From an uncultured virus (IMG/VR IMGVR_UViG_3300044695_008744) (Duplodnaviria > Heunggongvirae > Uroviricota > Caudoviricetes): a stretch of DNA of 20,000 nt. Below, in pieces: positions 9,001-16,700 of this stretch. Under the pieces are notes generated by a model. The model saw only the letters and a program-made list of their open reading frames with translations. It was not told where the DNA came from and searched no databases. The stretch lies in the IMG/VR virus record IMGVR_UViG_3300044695_008744. The stretch is one strand, 5' to 3'. Every line of letters begins with the position of its first letter. Positions within the stretch are counted from its first letter, which is position 1. The translations under genes and the position numbers were made by a program.

Positions 9001-9740
9001 TAAGTTATGAATATGCTAGTTTAAGAACTTATGCAAACTTCGCTGTGGCATACGCTGATGGTACAATTGAGCTTTATGTCCAAACATCTTTTGGGTTTGG
9101 TCATAGCCTTCTCACTTCTTGGAATCCAGATGGATCTCAGATTTCTATTTTAAAGAGTTTAATTAATGCAACCACTGATACGATTGTAAATGTTACATCT
9201 TCAAGTTCAAATTTTGTGTATCTTTATGTTGGAACGCAAAATAGATTACTAAATTGTTATTATGCATGGAATACCAGCTTCTCGGCTTTAGGCTCTTCTG
9301 CTTCACCAACATTATTGAATTCTGTAACAATAAGTTCAGTGTATGGATATGTAAAATATATTGAATCATTTGTTGATGGCGTAATAATTGCTGCAACATC
9401 AAATAATTATCTGTTAGTCATGGGTGCAACGAATTTAGTTGTTTTTGGCGCAACACTTGTCCCTGGTGAGATCACATCTATTACGTCAAGTTATCCTGAA
9501 TACGGAGTAGCTCCATCTGGTAAACCAACTATTTTTGTTACAACTACATATAATGTTTATGCATATGAAATTAATATCACGCCAAACTATGAAATAGGTT
9601 TGAATTATTATAACATCACTGGAGACTATCAGCTTATGACTCAGAATGGATTCCAAACTGGATCTCCAGTTACAAATATCATAAACACATCAACAAATGA
9701 TACATTCACGCTTTTATTGCGCGAACCAACAAGTTCTTAA
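3..9740 (+). CDS. Giant (>3240 aa) multidomain putative phage virion structural/adhesin protein: fibre domain, Ig-like domains, beta-propeller, G-x-G-Y repeats, tandem Ig-like repeats, RCC1 propeller and C-terminal propeller; probably 5'-partial
   Basis: The ORF track starts at TTG 12, but the frame is open from the window edge (CCA ACA TAT TTG = PTYL), so the true start is probably upstream. It ends at TAA 9738-9740. Motifs are listed in the sub-features. Confidence 0.8.
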   Translation, partial: PTYLRKYVTNSSVVNGIIFDFSEYSTTIGGPVYLSLLTETEEKRFYTIANNFSLSTDYTFSFSVQRTNSDNAFHLKPFFTLSGGNLNELSLSLDDILTEPLDTQSLTFGFYPFISLIGNGNATVSYSVFRGTYNHGLSYQKDKTYFSLLSSENPDYTSQYGKNVIAQNTYGITTSAFPQIDTYFSNNSIKQFKYENVTFTVKAASTSPVGLYGQTYIDGIYLDFCDYVLVAGQVDKTTNGVYQVQSQRWVKQSALPSGSNLSEPTVLVSQGNIFENTLWMLDKTSSEWISNVISCPVVIEDNNLLFTGVSSSYKYPQYIKLACSVNGIASQSTSNQVQIKLANSPTEIIQETDQITQWVGLLQNGQLYNIQEKSNSNNTVFMNFGISSSQISGITTNSFPAVYNILTSYAGNFAPAISNNSDFVLPAYGSEYRIFKNASLIYQLFSTYDSVSLSSLSTAVVNSSVYALNFANLKSPQSGYSTDIFIDNVAPTIGIVSVLNDQTKSVTLGVSTALDAGSGLYIARIVQRNPSNELIYGSWFGFNTNSFYGLSTFTAYPSYVSNVNGISTGEPLSGYYRYSLQVADSVGNVAQTNQVESFYYESALVDTQGPGCSVQFVNSQTFEPISISSSTILTAQMFATDTLSQVKAFRYRILPDGEFGNWIDYNEYANIYLPENILDGTLSVQFQFKDFGNNVLYSNSTIINDQVYVYSWNIVSKLINNTLFTVTEVTKYNNNSVLLIGASKQNAATLFVWDNNKLIELQYSGFTGCKAVTALIKVGTQVLIGTDNGSIFTYRNGVVAGPFATLSWGDTPLPISKFEIHSYPEDNTSFVYATTLNIPRIFRTPTDSLRSTSWEVIQPPFISLEKINVLNSGLWSGTQISYTISSSYIPATLSPNYSYGISSVIVASSGSNLPSAPTITVGGPITNLGLQPVMQGSIGQIILIASGQGYSSGATVTIASPATGGSSVQATGVAVTNSLGQIVSIVLTAAGYGYTAQYPAVTITGNSGNGSQATATAITQFDSIYSVTVTSTGIATTSNITLTTSGGAVLIPTFLYRVPSITLTSPGFGYTSSPIVSINGLTTLASSVAQYGSIQSITVSEPDVEFPITLSPSISFIGGASTSFTASLSTTSISFSTGSTDSFLGFVLSSASITTSSVGFGTIPQIVFTGTGTTNIFLPQLEYVLSDDILLYTKSGSIYDIKSFDNKLFVSSSSGDIVEIGYSSGIFSAERHKLNVNSNTFSNIIPVNLAKYNDGISTNLYFSTKEEPYIGKLTKNLNSFIFDSYRDNILLFKPFNFDILSNWQLKKIINDNGFANVSYGDSNNSSVDITTFNAQAFYETTKENTWFNRCITNNDYLVLFDFQAVIGTQSFEISTFNSTLKVAFTVLNNTLQIAFGNNNYSTIEIDLSSNYNIYFAKSSQNLYIYNDSNLIYSEIGFFVTVSAQPVIKFGYIFEPQTVSANGDTLYIFGLPSNAESSQFIWRQIKFSFNSSTNVLPTDYYSLSLPYVMANSSSVRALRNINNSLFAATKSILDRRSTTNLPDVGTKVFRLDNDYWSDVTGNFDTYTASVSTSYVITSPNDINALDNSYFVTGLVKSIPTRQAANTIILGLTSNTIYEEQNGLILTIIYPYNIEPSGKFLFISSTNSNVTVPSSVFFSSSDQVQTVAVGIGSTSVNSNVTLTVTDGDISQSVTANILPIGISTLGFNTNLFVGYSQDSVIANIRLTSVPKTNRTILLSSNNSSVLAAPTNGIATITAGNIGIFTSFSVGTAVASNTSVTIAASYRSTFGIATVVASPFVLSLGVNTNTFVGNESTRKVFVTSSVQKSPIGVLTVNYTSSSSAILSIQPSAVISPASFSTTTQLTIGNAVTTNTQVNLTGRFTGSISTGISTATPFVVTTATTDLSSPVLGLQTSNVTFTINTTPLTNVSVRNIVSSPSFVNMVFPTFSTVLAGTLSTTFAISTTIQTSAGLAITIKGAPFGFNTSPTQGLILSSDVWKITGFSISPTSIVGNGLFANGIGQSYILNVSLNIGLQTTILITSSTGFVSTRNINFLTTSTGSASSIGYATGFSTSAITNVTITATGPNSISSSVSGLFLNPLLISSFSTAYVWNDIATLSPNYTIGGLGATVIGTVVLNSYVATGVQTILVRASNVTTPIRIYGQSSSSEIIGLATVYTGSNTTSINFGANFVSVNTSEPITARIISSGSGVATTPINVYTYPSYSAIFYPVYSGRENYFALSVGTSLPVSIGFAVTFNSGAGIAITATLFAQQNQVLASVNLGTFNTDKVILAEVVALGSMQTYYVTGYAKTGDVFGMGYNYYGELSYNYPVLGPTNGSADKIAMNLGNIVKTVSGYHHNLALDSYGYVYGIGYNAYNQIDSTGISTNAFKLINTNNTYVRDIFAQGNSSYFITADNKLYGFGENNSYSLGTSGFASTSAPYLIASNVVLASIIYDRGAYVTYDNRQGIQSVYEFGNGAAGITSKPITTLTDQGVTIPISNLRISNIDNGQYHTVACGIWSNQTLGFSSSGVFAWGSNAYYQIGTSISIGYITVPNILHRFTQGGVDHVTQSNNIYAVDRLSGVVESYIPQDQYFVGSVTMNTQGIGYTAGATVTFSAPPVTPSSVTATGYAVTNAIGIVSSVLITNQGAGYNLGAAVTFSPPPAGINTRNATGTVIVSANKVDSIVITDSGNGYTEAPTVFISPIAGGSGAAGISSMAYSQITQIIVSNSGFGYTNAPTITISSVVGSGATATANIETIAEPINIIYQVGVSVTSNATGFGLAQTSIAAPLYVTIPQVLQRISKNSQHFVWTMQSGLVYVSGGSVGPIPLTQLTTTFTQSVRLFAQNEPLSTNELYSYVWSAGSNITISLFAGEIVQTLSQVPVKISSQNQWGPTSNNEWGWALTLKTDGSIDFFRQHPTIVPKYVQNYLQNIYGNTFVDVCATSYFKPTRLYGDSNYAPVALSYSGGNVFVIRTQGVSSYNVYLSKASSVAPVLIDSGYLSYEYASLRTYANFAVAYADGTIELYVQTSFGFGHSLLTSWNPDGSQISILKSLINATTDTIVNVTSSSSNFVYLYVGTQNRLLNCYYAWNTSFSALGSSASPTLLNSVTISSVYGYVKYIESFVDGVIIAATSNNYLLVMGATNLVVFGATLVPGEITSITSSYPEYGVAPSGKPTIFVTTTYNVYAYEINITPNYEIGLNYYNITGDYQLMTQNGFQTGSPVTNIINTSTNDTFTLLLREPTSS
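603..843 (+). other. Phage fibre/decoration-type 'VxAA..IDG..VLV..Q...NGVY' domain in ORF1
   Basis: VKAASTSPVGLYGQTYIDGIYLDFCDYVLVAGQVDKTTNGVYQVQSQRW...VLVSQGN..NTLW fits a widespread phage structural motif recalled as VxAATTxNIxLSGxQTIDGVxLxxGDRVLVKNQxxxxENGIY. Confidence 0.75.
1461..2084 (+). other. Two bacterial Ig-like (D-x-x-x-P ... D-x-x-GN type) domains in ORF1
   Basis: Domain 1: DNVAP...DAGSGL...YRYSLQVADSVGN. Domain 2 (1818-2084): DTQGP...ATDTLSQVKAFRYR...FGNWIDY...DGTLSVQFQFKDFGNN. Confidence 0.65.
2589..3560 (+). repeat. Block of about 8 degenerate ~35-45 aa 'I.SI.I...G.GY...P.VTI' repeats, as in T4-like/cyanophage baseplate and fibre proteins
   Basis: Examples: SIGQIILIASGQGYSSGATVTI, QIVSIVLTAAGYGYTAQYPAVTI, RVPSITLTSPGFGYTSSPIVSI, ISSVIVASSGSNLPSAPTITV. 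Confidence 0.75.
4818..6920 (+). repeat. About 7 tandem ~90-120 aa Ig-like beta-sandwich repeats in ORF1
   Basis: Units start near 4818, 5094, 5391, 5682, 5985, 6297 and 6660. They share the pattern hydrophobic-S-L..(P/T)..(V/I)G ... LSS...V..P....AG...TF ... VTITA, and four units end in P (NILP, VASP, TATP, FLNP). The repeat is visible at protein level only. Confidence 0.7.
6927..8470 (+). other. RCC1/BLIP-II-like repeat propeller in ORF1, interrupted by an insert at 7779-8270
   Basis: GDVFGMGYNYYGEL; IVKTVSGYHHNLALDSYGYVYGIGYNAYNQI; VRDIFAQGNSSYFITADNKLYGFGENNSYSLG; ISNIDNGQYHTVACG..VFAWGSNAYYQIG; LQRISKNSQHFVWTMQSGLVYVSG. Confidence 0.85.
7779..8270 (+). repeat. Second block of four G-x-G-Y fibre repeats in A-A-B-B order
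   Basis: QGIGYTAGATVTFSAPP and QGAGYNLGAAVTFSPPP lie 132 nt apart. SGNGYTEAPTVFIS and SGFGYTNAPTITIS lie 120 nt apart. Residual DNA identity remains, e.g. attctggtaatggttatac vs attctggttttggttatac. Confidence 0.85.
8690..9720 (+). other. C-terminal WD40/YVTN-like beta-propeller region of ORF1
   Basis: Blade-like segments: ALTLKTDGSIDFF, FAVAYADGTIELY, YLYVGTQNRLLNCY, VIIAATSNNYLLVM, TIFVTTTYNVYAY. Confidence 0.55.
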
Positions 9741-9768
9741 TCTAGGCAAAACCAGTTTAGATCAAGAA
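9734..9768 (+). promoter_or_regulatory. Intergenic inverted repeat/RNA hairpin spanning the ORF1 stop codon, function unknown
   Basis: TTCTTAATCTAGGC-aaaacca-GTTTAGATCAAGAA forms a 14-position stem with 11 Watson-Crick pairs, 2 G-U pairs and 1 mismatch, and a 7-nt loop. No U-tract follows it. Confidence 0.5.
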
Positions 9769-9779
9769 AAATAGAATGA

Positions 9780-12700
9780 ATGTTCACCGCAGTTGCCTCA
9801 AATACAAGTTTAACAATTTATTTTCCAGCTACAATCACTGGTGTAAATACAAATCTGATTTATGTATTTGATAATAATGTTTTTAGATCAATTTCATCGT
9901 ATGGAATTGCTTCATCTCAAGTAAATTTTACTTTAAATAAATCTGTAACAGTGGGCGGAACTACCAAAATAAATCTTTATAGGGGTGGAATAAGTTCAGC
10001 AACAGGTTTGTTTACCACATCAGTGATATTTGCCACAAATTCAACAATATATGTTGATAATAATGAGCCATCATTAATTGAAATGATTGAACAAGGCAAT
10101 TATAATTTTACCAGTTATGTTTATTCTAATTTTATCACTGGTATTTCTACAGAAGCTAATTTTCCATCTGCTAACCTCACTTTGAAAAGACAACCACCGT
10201 CTGGTAAAATAACAATTAATGAGGGATATTTAGGGAGCATGAAAGTGCACAGATTTGCCGCATTATCTTCAACAATATTTACAGTGAATGAAGCCAGTTT
10301 TTTTTATGCACCTAAAAACTTTGCGTTTGATTATAATGTTTTTGGAAATCAAACTTTATATTCAATAACTTTAAGTTTTGCTCCAGCTAATGCTTTTGCA
10401 ACAAATTCGAAAGGATATTTCACATTAAATGAAGATTATTTTGATTCACCTTCGCAAGTTGCGCTAGGAATTACAACAATTGTTGATTTAACAGGAATAA
10501 CACAATCTGCTGTTAGATTTACTTTCACTGATCCAGTAGTGCTTTCTGAAGGAAAATATTGGTTTGTTTTCAAGCCCACTCCAAGTGCGAGTTTTGGCTC
10601 TGGAAATCAAATGCAATTAAAACAATCTGTAGCTGACAATTTATATACTACCACTTTCTTAGATTCAGATGATGGTGTTGTTTTTACTTCCACAGAATAC
10701 AACGGTGTTGGTTTTACTGTTATTACAGAACGAGGAATTGTTTTGCCATCTGAAGACGCAATTTATAATCAGTTGAATCAACCTCAAGCAGAAGAAGTGA
10801 TTTATGGAGATGAGTCAAATTTAAATGTTTATGTATCTTTAGCAGTTCCGACATCTGCACACTCAATAAAGAAAAATTTATTAGATGATTCACAGGTGTA
10901 TGCAATCGAAACTCTCATTGACTCTTTAGGTCAAAATCAATACGAAGTGGTTGGAGTAAATTCATCATATTATTCAATGATTGCAAATGCTTTGACACCA
11001 AACATTGTAAGATATGATTTTTACTCTCCTCAAAATATTTATCAAATTAACTTGAATAGCTTGGGGGATTATTACGCTAAAGGAAATCAAGGAACAGTGT
11101 TAGTGTCAGCTTCTGACTTTATTGGTTTGTCAACAATTGAAATTTCCACTTCTCCAAATTTTCCATCTAGTGGTACCACTTCAATCACACTATCTGGCAA
11201 TCCGCAGTTATATTTAGAAAATTTAGATTTTGATTTTGGTGATTTAGGCAAACAATTTGTAGCAGTGCAATACGAAACAGGTAATCCTATTCGAGCAATT
11301 TTTGCAGTGGCAATCAATGGGGTATTTAATTATCTTTTAATTTCTGATTCTGATCTTTATACATATGATCAAACTACTATAACAAATGTCTACACCCTTT
11401 CTAATTCAATCTTTACCACATATTGTGTTGGAACAGAGGGCATTTTATTGGCAGACACAAATGGTGTAATTTATAATTTCAATAATAATGCCATCACAAC
11501 CATTGGTAATGTTGCTAATATTCCTACAGCTTCATCTACGCAAACTACAAACTCATATATTGGTGTTTCTACTTTGTTAGACACATCTTCAGCGCAAAGT
11601 AGAAAAAGAATCTATAAACTTAATAACAATACATTATCTCACTTGTCGTGGTCTACACAAATTCCAGAACCTGAAATTACATTTATTTATTCCACATCAT
11701 TTGGATTAATTATTGGTGCTTTTGAACAAAACAGATCTGTTGGTAAAATATACATTTACTACAATTCTATCCTCACGCTCCAGTATCAAACTTATCTCAG
11801 ACCTGATGTTGCTTTCTTTTCAACTACAACAAATAAACTTTATGTAGCGTTTGCTGGTTCTCAAATTTTATATGCTTCTTACAGCTCAAATAAACTTGGT
11901 AATTTTGAAGATTCAGGTGTTCCAGTTTCAGGAACAGTTGCAAAACAACTTACTGCAACTAAAGACTCTGGATATATTTCAGTGATAACAGATTTTTCAG
12001 CTTATATTTTCAATGAAACTAATTACACAGCTTCTCAGATTACTTCACCAGGTTACTCATCTGATGACCAGAGGGGATTGTTAGTTAGCGTAGAAAATCA
12101 AAATCTTAACCTTTCTTATTATAAATCAAGCTACAAAACACAATCTTTTAGCAATGTACAATTTGATCCTCTTTTAAATGGATATACATCAGCATTTGTT
12201 TACAACGCAAATGGATATATAGTTTTTGATACAATCTCAACTAGTTACACCACTGATTTCTTTTTGCAGTATCCTAATAATTCTTCCATTCAATACATAA
12301 AATTTGATGGGCAAAATTTAAGTTTAGACAATAACACATTTACTCAAACCTTTGAGCCATCTATTCCAAGACAATTCTCATTTGAAATAGTTGGATTAGC
12401 TGTAACAGGCATTGGAACAATTGCGCTCTACAATGGGCTTAATTCTTCCTCTCCTGTGGTGGGGCTATCAAGCTTTGTTGCACCAAAAACAATAAACTGG
12501 TATTACAGAACAGGCGCAGAATATGATGTTTATGGTTTTGCAGATGGTTCTTTAAGAGAAGCAAATACTACAGATTTGTCTTCAAACCAATTTAAAGTAT
12601 ATGCTCGATTTTCTGATGTTTTTGGTAACAGAAGTGGTGCTTCCCAGCTTGCCACTGATATTATTTATAATCAAATTCAACAACAAGCAAACAATCAAGC

Positions 12701-13799
12701 ATTGCCTTCAGGCAAAATATTAGAAATCAATCCTGCAACTACCATGAATGGTGTTACACAATTTGTCCCACAATCGGGGACAAATAATTTCATTTATTCA
12801 GGTTCAAGAATTGTTAGATCCACTGGAGTATTTGAATCAGATCCTTATTATGCATCTGACGTAGTTGCGTGGGGTCAATTGCAATTATTAGCAATTATTC
12901 CAGGAGTAGCAAGCAGTGGTGAGCATGGCACTTCTGTCACTCTATATGTTAAAACAGGCACAACACTATCTAATCTTCAATCAAACTTGTATACCAACTC
13001 ATACACGGTAAGCACAATTAATAATGGCAACGATTATAGCGCCTCTGTTACATCAATATTAGCAAACATTTCAAGTTTGTCAGGTAGATGGATACAATTT
13101 AAAATAGAACTTGTTTCTGCATCTGCCAATGTTACACCAGAAGTGAGAAGTGCACTTCTTACCTATACTGGTGCTGGAAAATCTGTATTTGTAACTAAAA
13201 CATATAACACAGCCACACAATCTACTATAAATCCAACACCTAAAATAAGGCGCGGTATTTTAACAGCTAACTTTGTAACTAATGGAGGCGAATTGGTATT
13301 TGGGTATACAACAGATCCAAATGATGGCAATCCTGCAAATTACACAGTTATCACACCCAACCAAATTTTCACATTGCCTTCACCATCTTCGACAATTAAA
13401 TTCGGTGTCATCCTAAAAACTGCCACTGATAACCCAGCTTTCTTAGATGAATTTGCTGTTCAGCTTGACCTTGGTCCTAATGATGTTTATTTTATGCCAC
13501 CGCAGGCTTCATTTGAAATTGCACAATATCTGGATCCTGTAACAGGTATTGCAGTGACGAAAACATATCAATTTGTTAATAAAACTATTGGAATTGTATC
13601 AAGTTACAACTGGAGTTTTGGAACATCTTCATTTACAATCATCAATGGAACAATTTCCACAATATATAATGCACAAAATCCAATAATTGGTTTTGCTAAT
13701 TCAGGACCATTCACTGTAGGTTTATTTGTTACAGGTTGGGTAGAAAATAATATCGTCTTCAATTCAGAACTTTACACTAAATCATTCATAGCAACATAA
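9780..13799 (+). CDS. 1339-aa putative phage virion structural protein: split Ig-like domain, jelly-roll domain, 7-blade propeller, PA14-like insert, two beta-sandwich domains and C-terminal PKD domain
   Basis: ATG 9780 directly follows an in-frame TGA, so the ORF cannot extend upstream. It ends at TAA 13797-13799. No signal peptide or TM segment is apparent. Motifs include FTFTDPVVLSEGKYWFVF, GRWIQFKIELVS...TPEVRSALLTY and YNWSFG. Confidence 0.8.
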   Translation: MFTAVASNTSLTIYFPATITGVNTNLIYVFDNNVFRSISSYGIASSQVNFTLNKSVTVGGTTKINLYRGGISSATGLFTTSVIFATNSTIYVDNNEPSLIEMIEQGNYNFTSYVYSNFITGISTEANFPSANLTLKRQPPSGKITINEGYLGSMKVHRFAALSSTIFTVNEASFFYAPKNFAFDYNVFGNQTLYSITLSFAPANAFATNSKGYFTLNEDYFDSPSQVALGITTIVDLTGITQSAVRFTFTDPVVLSEGKYWFVFKPTPSASFGSGNQMQLKQSVADNLYTTTFLDSDDGVVFTSTEYNGVGFTVITERGIVLPSEDAIYNQLNQPQAEEVIYGDESNLNVYVSLAVPTSAHSIKKNLLDDSQVYAIETLIDSLGQNQYEVVGVNSSYYSMIANALTPNIVRYDFYSPQNIYQINLNSLGDYYAKGNQGTVLVSASDFIGLSTIEISTSPNFPSSGTTSITLSGNPQLYLENLDFDFGDLGKQFVAVQYETGNPIRAIFAVAINGVFNYLLISDSDLYTYDQTTITNVYTLSNSIFTTYCVGTEGILLADTNGVIYNFNNNAITTIGNVANIPTASSTQTTNSYIGVSTLLDTSSAQSRKRIYKLNNNTLSHLSWSTQIPEPEITFIYSTSFGLIIGAFEQNRSVGKIYIYYNSILTLQYQTYLRPDVAFFSTTTNKLYVAFAGSQILYASYSSNKLGNFEDSGVPVSGTVAKQLTATKDSGYISVITDFSAYIFNETNYTASQITSPGYSSDDQRGLLVSVENQNLNLSYYKSSYKTQSFSNVQFDPLLNGYTSAFVYNANGYIVFDTISTSYTTDFFLQYPNNSSIQYIKFDGQNLSLDNNTFTQTFEPSIPRQFSFEIVGLAVTGIGTIALYNGLNSSSPVVGLSSFVAPKTINWYYRTGAEYDVYGFADGSLREANTTDLSSNQFKVYARFSDVFGNRSGASQLATDIIYNQIQQQANNQALPSGKILEINPATTMNGVTQFVPQSGTNNFIYSGSRIVRSTGVFESDPYYASDVVAWGQLQLLAIIPGVASSGEHGTSVTLYVKTGTTLSNLQSNLYTNSYTVSTINNGNDYSASVTSILANISSLSGRWIQFKIELVSASANVTPEVRSALLTYTGAGKSVFVTKTYNTATQSTINPTPKIRRGILTANFVTNGGELVFGYTTDPNDGNPANYTVITPNQIFTLPSPSSTIKFGVILKTATDNPAFLDEFAVQLDLGPNDVYFMPPQASFEIAQYLDPVTGIAVTKTYQFVNKTIGIVSSYNWSFGTSSFTIINGTISTIYNAQNPIIGFANSGPFTVGLFVTGWVENNIVFNSELYTKSFIAT
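13497..13796 (+). other. PKD domain at the ORF2 C-terminus
   Basis: PPQASF...YQFVNKTIGIVSSYNWSFG...AQNPIIGFANSGPFTVGLFVT matches the PKD pattern (PxAxF, VxFxxxS, YxWxFG, xNPxxxYxxxGxYTVxLxV). Confidence 0.85.
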
Positions 13800-16700
13800 T
13801 GTCAAAACGAACACCGATCTATAACTATTTATACCTTGAGAGTGGTGATGTCATATATCCAGGTTATGACAAAGACAATCAATTTACATCTGAAAATCAA
13901 ATTTTTGGAATGTACAGTTATTTAGGTCAGGGAATTATTTCTGGTTGGACAATTCATTGGATGGGCTGTTTATCTGATGCTTATGTTTTGCAACAAAGAC
14001 AAGCTCTTATAGATGCATATCGCACTGATCGTTTTTCATATTTGGCTTTACAATATCAATCTCTTAATTATCCAGTAACAGAAGCTGATTGGAAACAATG
14101 CATAGTGGTGAAGCCTGGATTAGGCATCGTTGATGTATTTCATGCTGCCACTGAATATCCCACCTTTTTCAGATTCACAGAAGTAAATCATTACTACGTT
14201 TGGGCTCAAAAAAATGTTTGCACAAACACTGAATATCTTTGTGAAATTGTAGCCCCTGAATATCCAGATGAAGATTATGATTTAGCTAATCAAGCTATCT
14301 ATATAGGAGAGGTTTTTACAGGAGTAGTGAATTCTAGTGTAGCCGTAACACAAATTACATATTCTGAAAGAAGAAGAGAATTAAAAAATGCTCAAGGGGA
14401 TATACAAAGAATTTTAAATCAAGCTTTGATCAACCATGTGCATTCTGGGGAAGGTGATAACCCAAGCAAAATTAATTTGAGTACAAATGTAACAATTATA
14501 GTTCCTATAATAGAAAACAGCAATACTTTCACTTTTACTTTGCCTTCTGGGTTTAACTCAAATAATTATGCAACTCCACAAGTGTATTTGAATAGTAATC
14601 TGTTAATGTCTAGCCAGTATCAAATTTCTGGTTCAATAATTTATTTGCAAAATAGTGTGCCAATTACTTCATCTCTTCAGATTGTGTATCAGCTTGCTCC
14701 AGGTCCAAATATTTACATAACAAGTTCTTTAACCCCTCCATTACAAAATATCACTTTAAGTTTCGAAAAAATATATTATCTTACAGATGGTACAACAACT
14801 ACTGCCAGTGATGGTACTCAAGTTTTTAATGTTTGGAACTGGAATGATAATAATTATAGCGAAATCAAAGTATATCTTTCTACTGAGGCGTTAGATGTTC
14901 AAACTTATAGCATCTATCAATTAAAAGGAGTGGATAATAGTGGCGGAAGACTTAAATTTATTGGACCCATATTACCTTCAATTTTGAATTATGGAGAAAC
15001 TGATGTTGTAGTTAAATTTACTGTACCAAGCTTTGAAGTTACTGGGAAGCTTTCTGCGTCAAGAATTGCTTCAATAAATGCAAGTAGCTTTACAAGAGGC
15101 ACACTTTCTAATGCTAGAATATCACGATTAGATCACTTAGGTCTATATAGATTAGACGAAAGAGCAACAGTAATACCAACAAAAAAATTATTAGATTCTG
15201 GTGATCACATTCATTTTTATCCTGAAATAGAAAGTGTAATTCAACATTCTGATTACATTTTAAATACAACAACTACAAGGTATGTAAAAGAAACCTCAGC
15301 AGATTCTACCACTTCTCCAAAAACAATTATATCTACCCCCAATGGATTATTTGCATCAAAAAGATCTACGCTTGATTTTTCAACAATTGTAAAACTTCCT
15401 TGGAATACAGACAATGGTGTAGCAGATGAATTTTCAGAAAACTACTTTGGTAATTTTAATACATATCAATTACCAGGCACAACTACTGAAAATTTAAATC
15501 CAAAAGCTTTTTGGATTTTGTGCAAGAACAAAAATCAGTTTAAAAATGTTTTATATCTCTCCACTAATTTTGGAATAACATATTCTAAAATAACCATACC
15601 TTTTACTAGTTCAGGATCAATAGTAACAATAAATGATTTTATCTTTACAGTAAATGTATTTCAGTTCACTGTAGGTGAAGTAATTCTCACACCAAAGCTT
15701 GATGTAAATTATATTTATTATATTGCGGCAACAGATGGTTTGTATTCAGCAACAATTTTAAGAAGCCAAAATAAATTGAAACCAGTTTGGGATAATCCAA
15801 CAAAAAACACAACAAATGCTTCTACAGGTTCTATAAATAAAATTTCAGAGGCTGTAAATGTTGGCACTATCACTACGACATATGATTCAGGTCTTACTGA
15901 AAGGAATTATCAAAATTACAGAGCTTTATATGCCGCTTGTGATTCTGGATTGTTTGTGTATCAATCTGGAACAGGACTTAAATTTACAACAAACTCAACA
16001 GCATATAATTCTGACAATTCAACATTTTATTTTTCTAAATGGCTTGGTGTAGAAGATTCATCTAATCAGATTTTTGCAGTGGCGTGGGCTGACAGTTATG
16101 GCTTATACTTCTCAAATTCTGGACAAAAAATTACAACTACATCTTCTAGCGGTAGCTCAAGAACTGTTACAATTACTTTTTATGAGCCTCTTACTTTAAG
16201 CAGAACTTCTACAACCACTGTAAGTTGTGCTTCTACCGAAAACATTGATATTACAGAGGCTATCACTTCTATTGATGGATATAGTCTAGTAAATTCTGCT
16301 TTAGTTTTGCTTAAAAATCAAACAGATCCGAGCCAGAATGGAGTGTATATATGGTCATCAACTTCAGAGCTTCTTTATAAACAATCTAGTTTTAATACAA
16401 AAGTTTATGTTACCAATGGCACACAATCTCAAACAGAATGGATACAACTTGAATCTGATCCAGAAAATTTAAATGCAATTAATTATGCTTTATGGTTTGC
16501 AAATATTCTTTCTTTAGAAAGTAATGATCAGATTGTGTCAATTGCAAATGATAAATCTGGCGGACCAAATAGTAATACAACAGAAACAAGATATTATCAA
16601 TCCTTTTTTGTTGCAACAACTAAATATATCTATAGGGTATTGAATTACAATACTCCGAACATTTATCCAACTATTTCACAAATCAACTGGGATTACGAAA

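Noticed and set aside
9734..9771. Rho-independent terminator
   Set aside because: The stem is AT-rich and no U-tract follows it on either strand.
9738..9782. ORF1-ORF2 read-through fusion or stop-codon recoding (both ORFs are in the same frame)
   Set aside because: It would need read-through of both TAA and TGA. The three long ORFs contain no internal TAG or TGA, so the standard code suffices.
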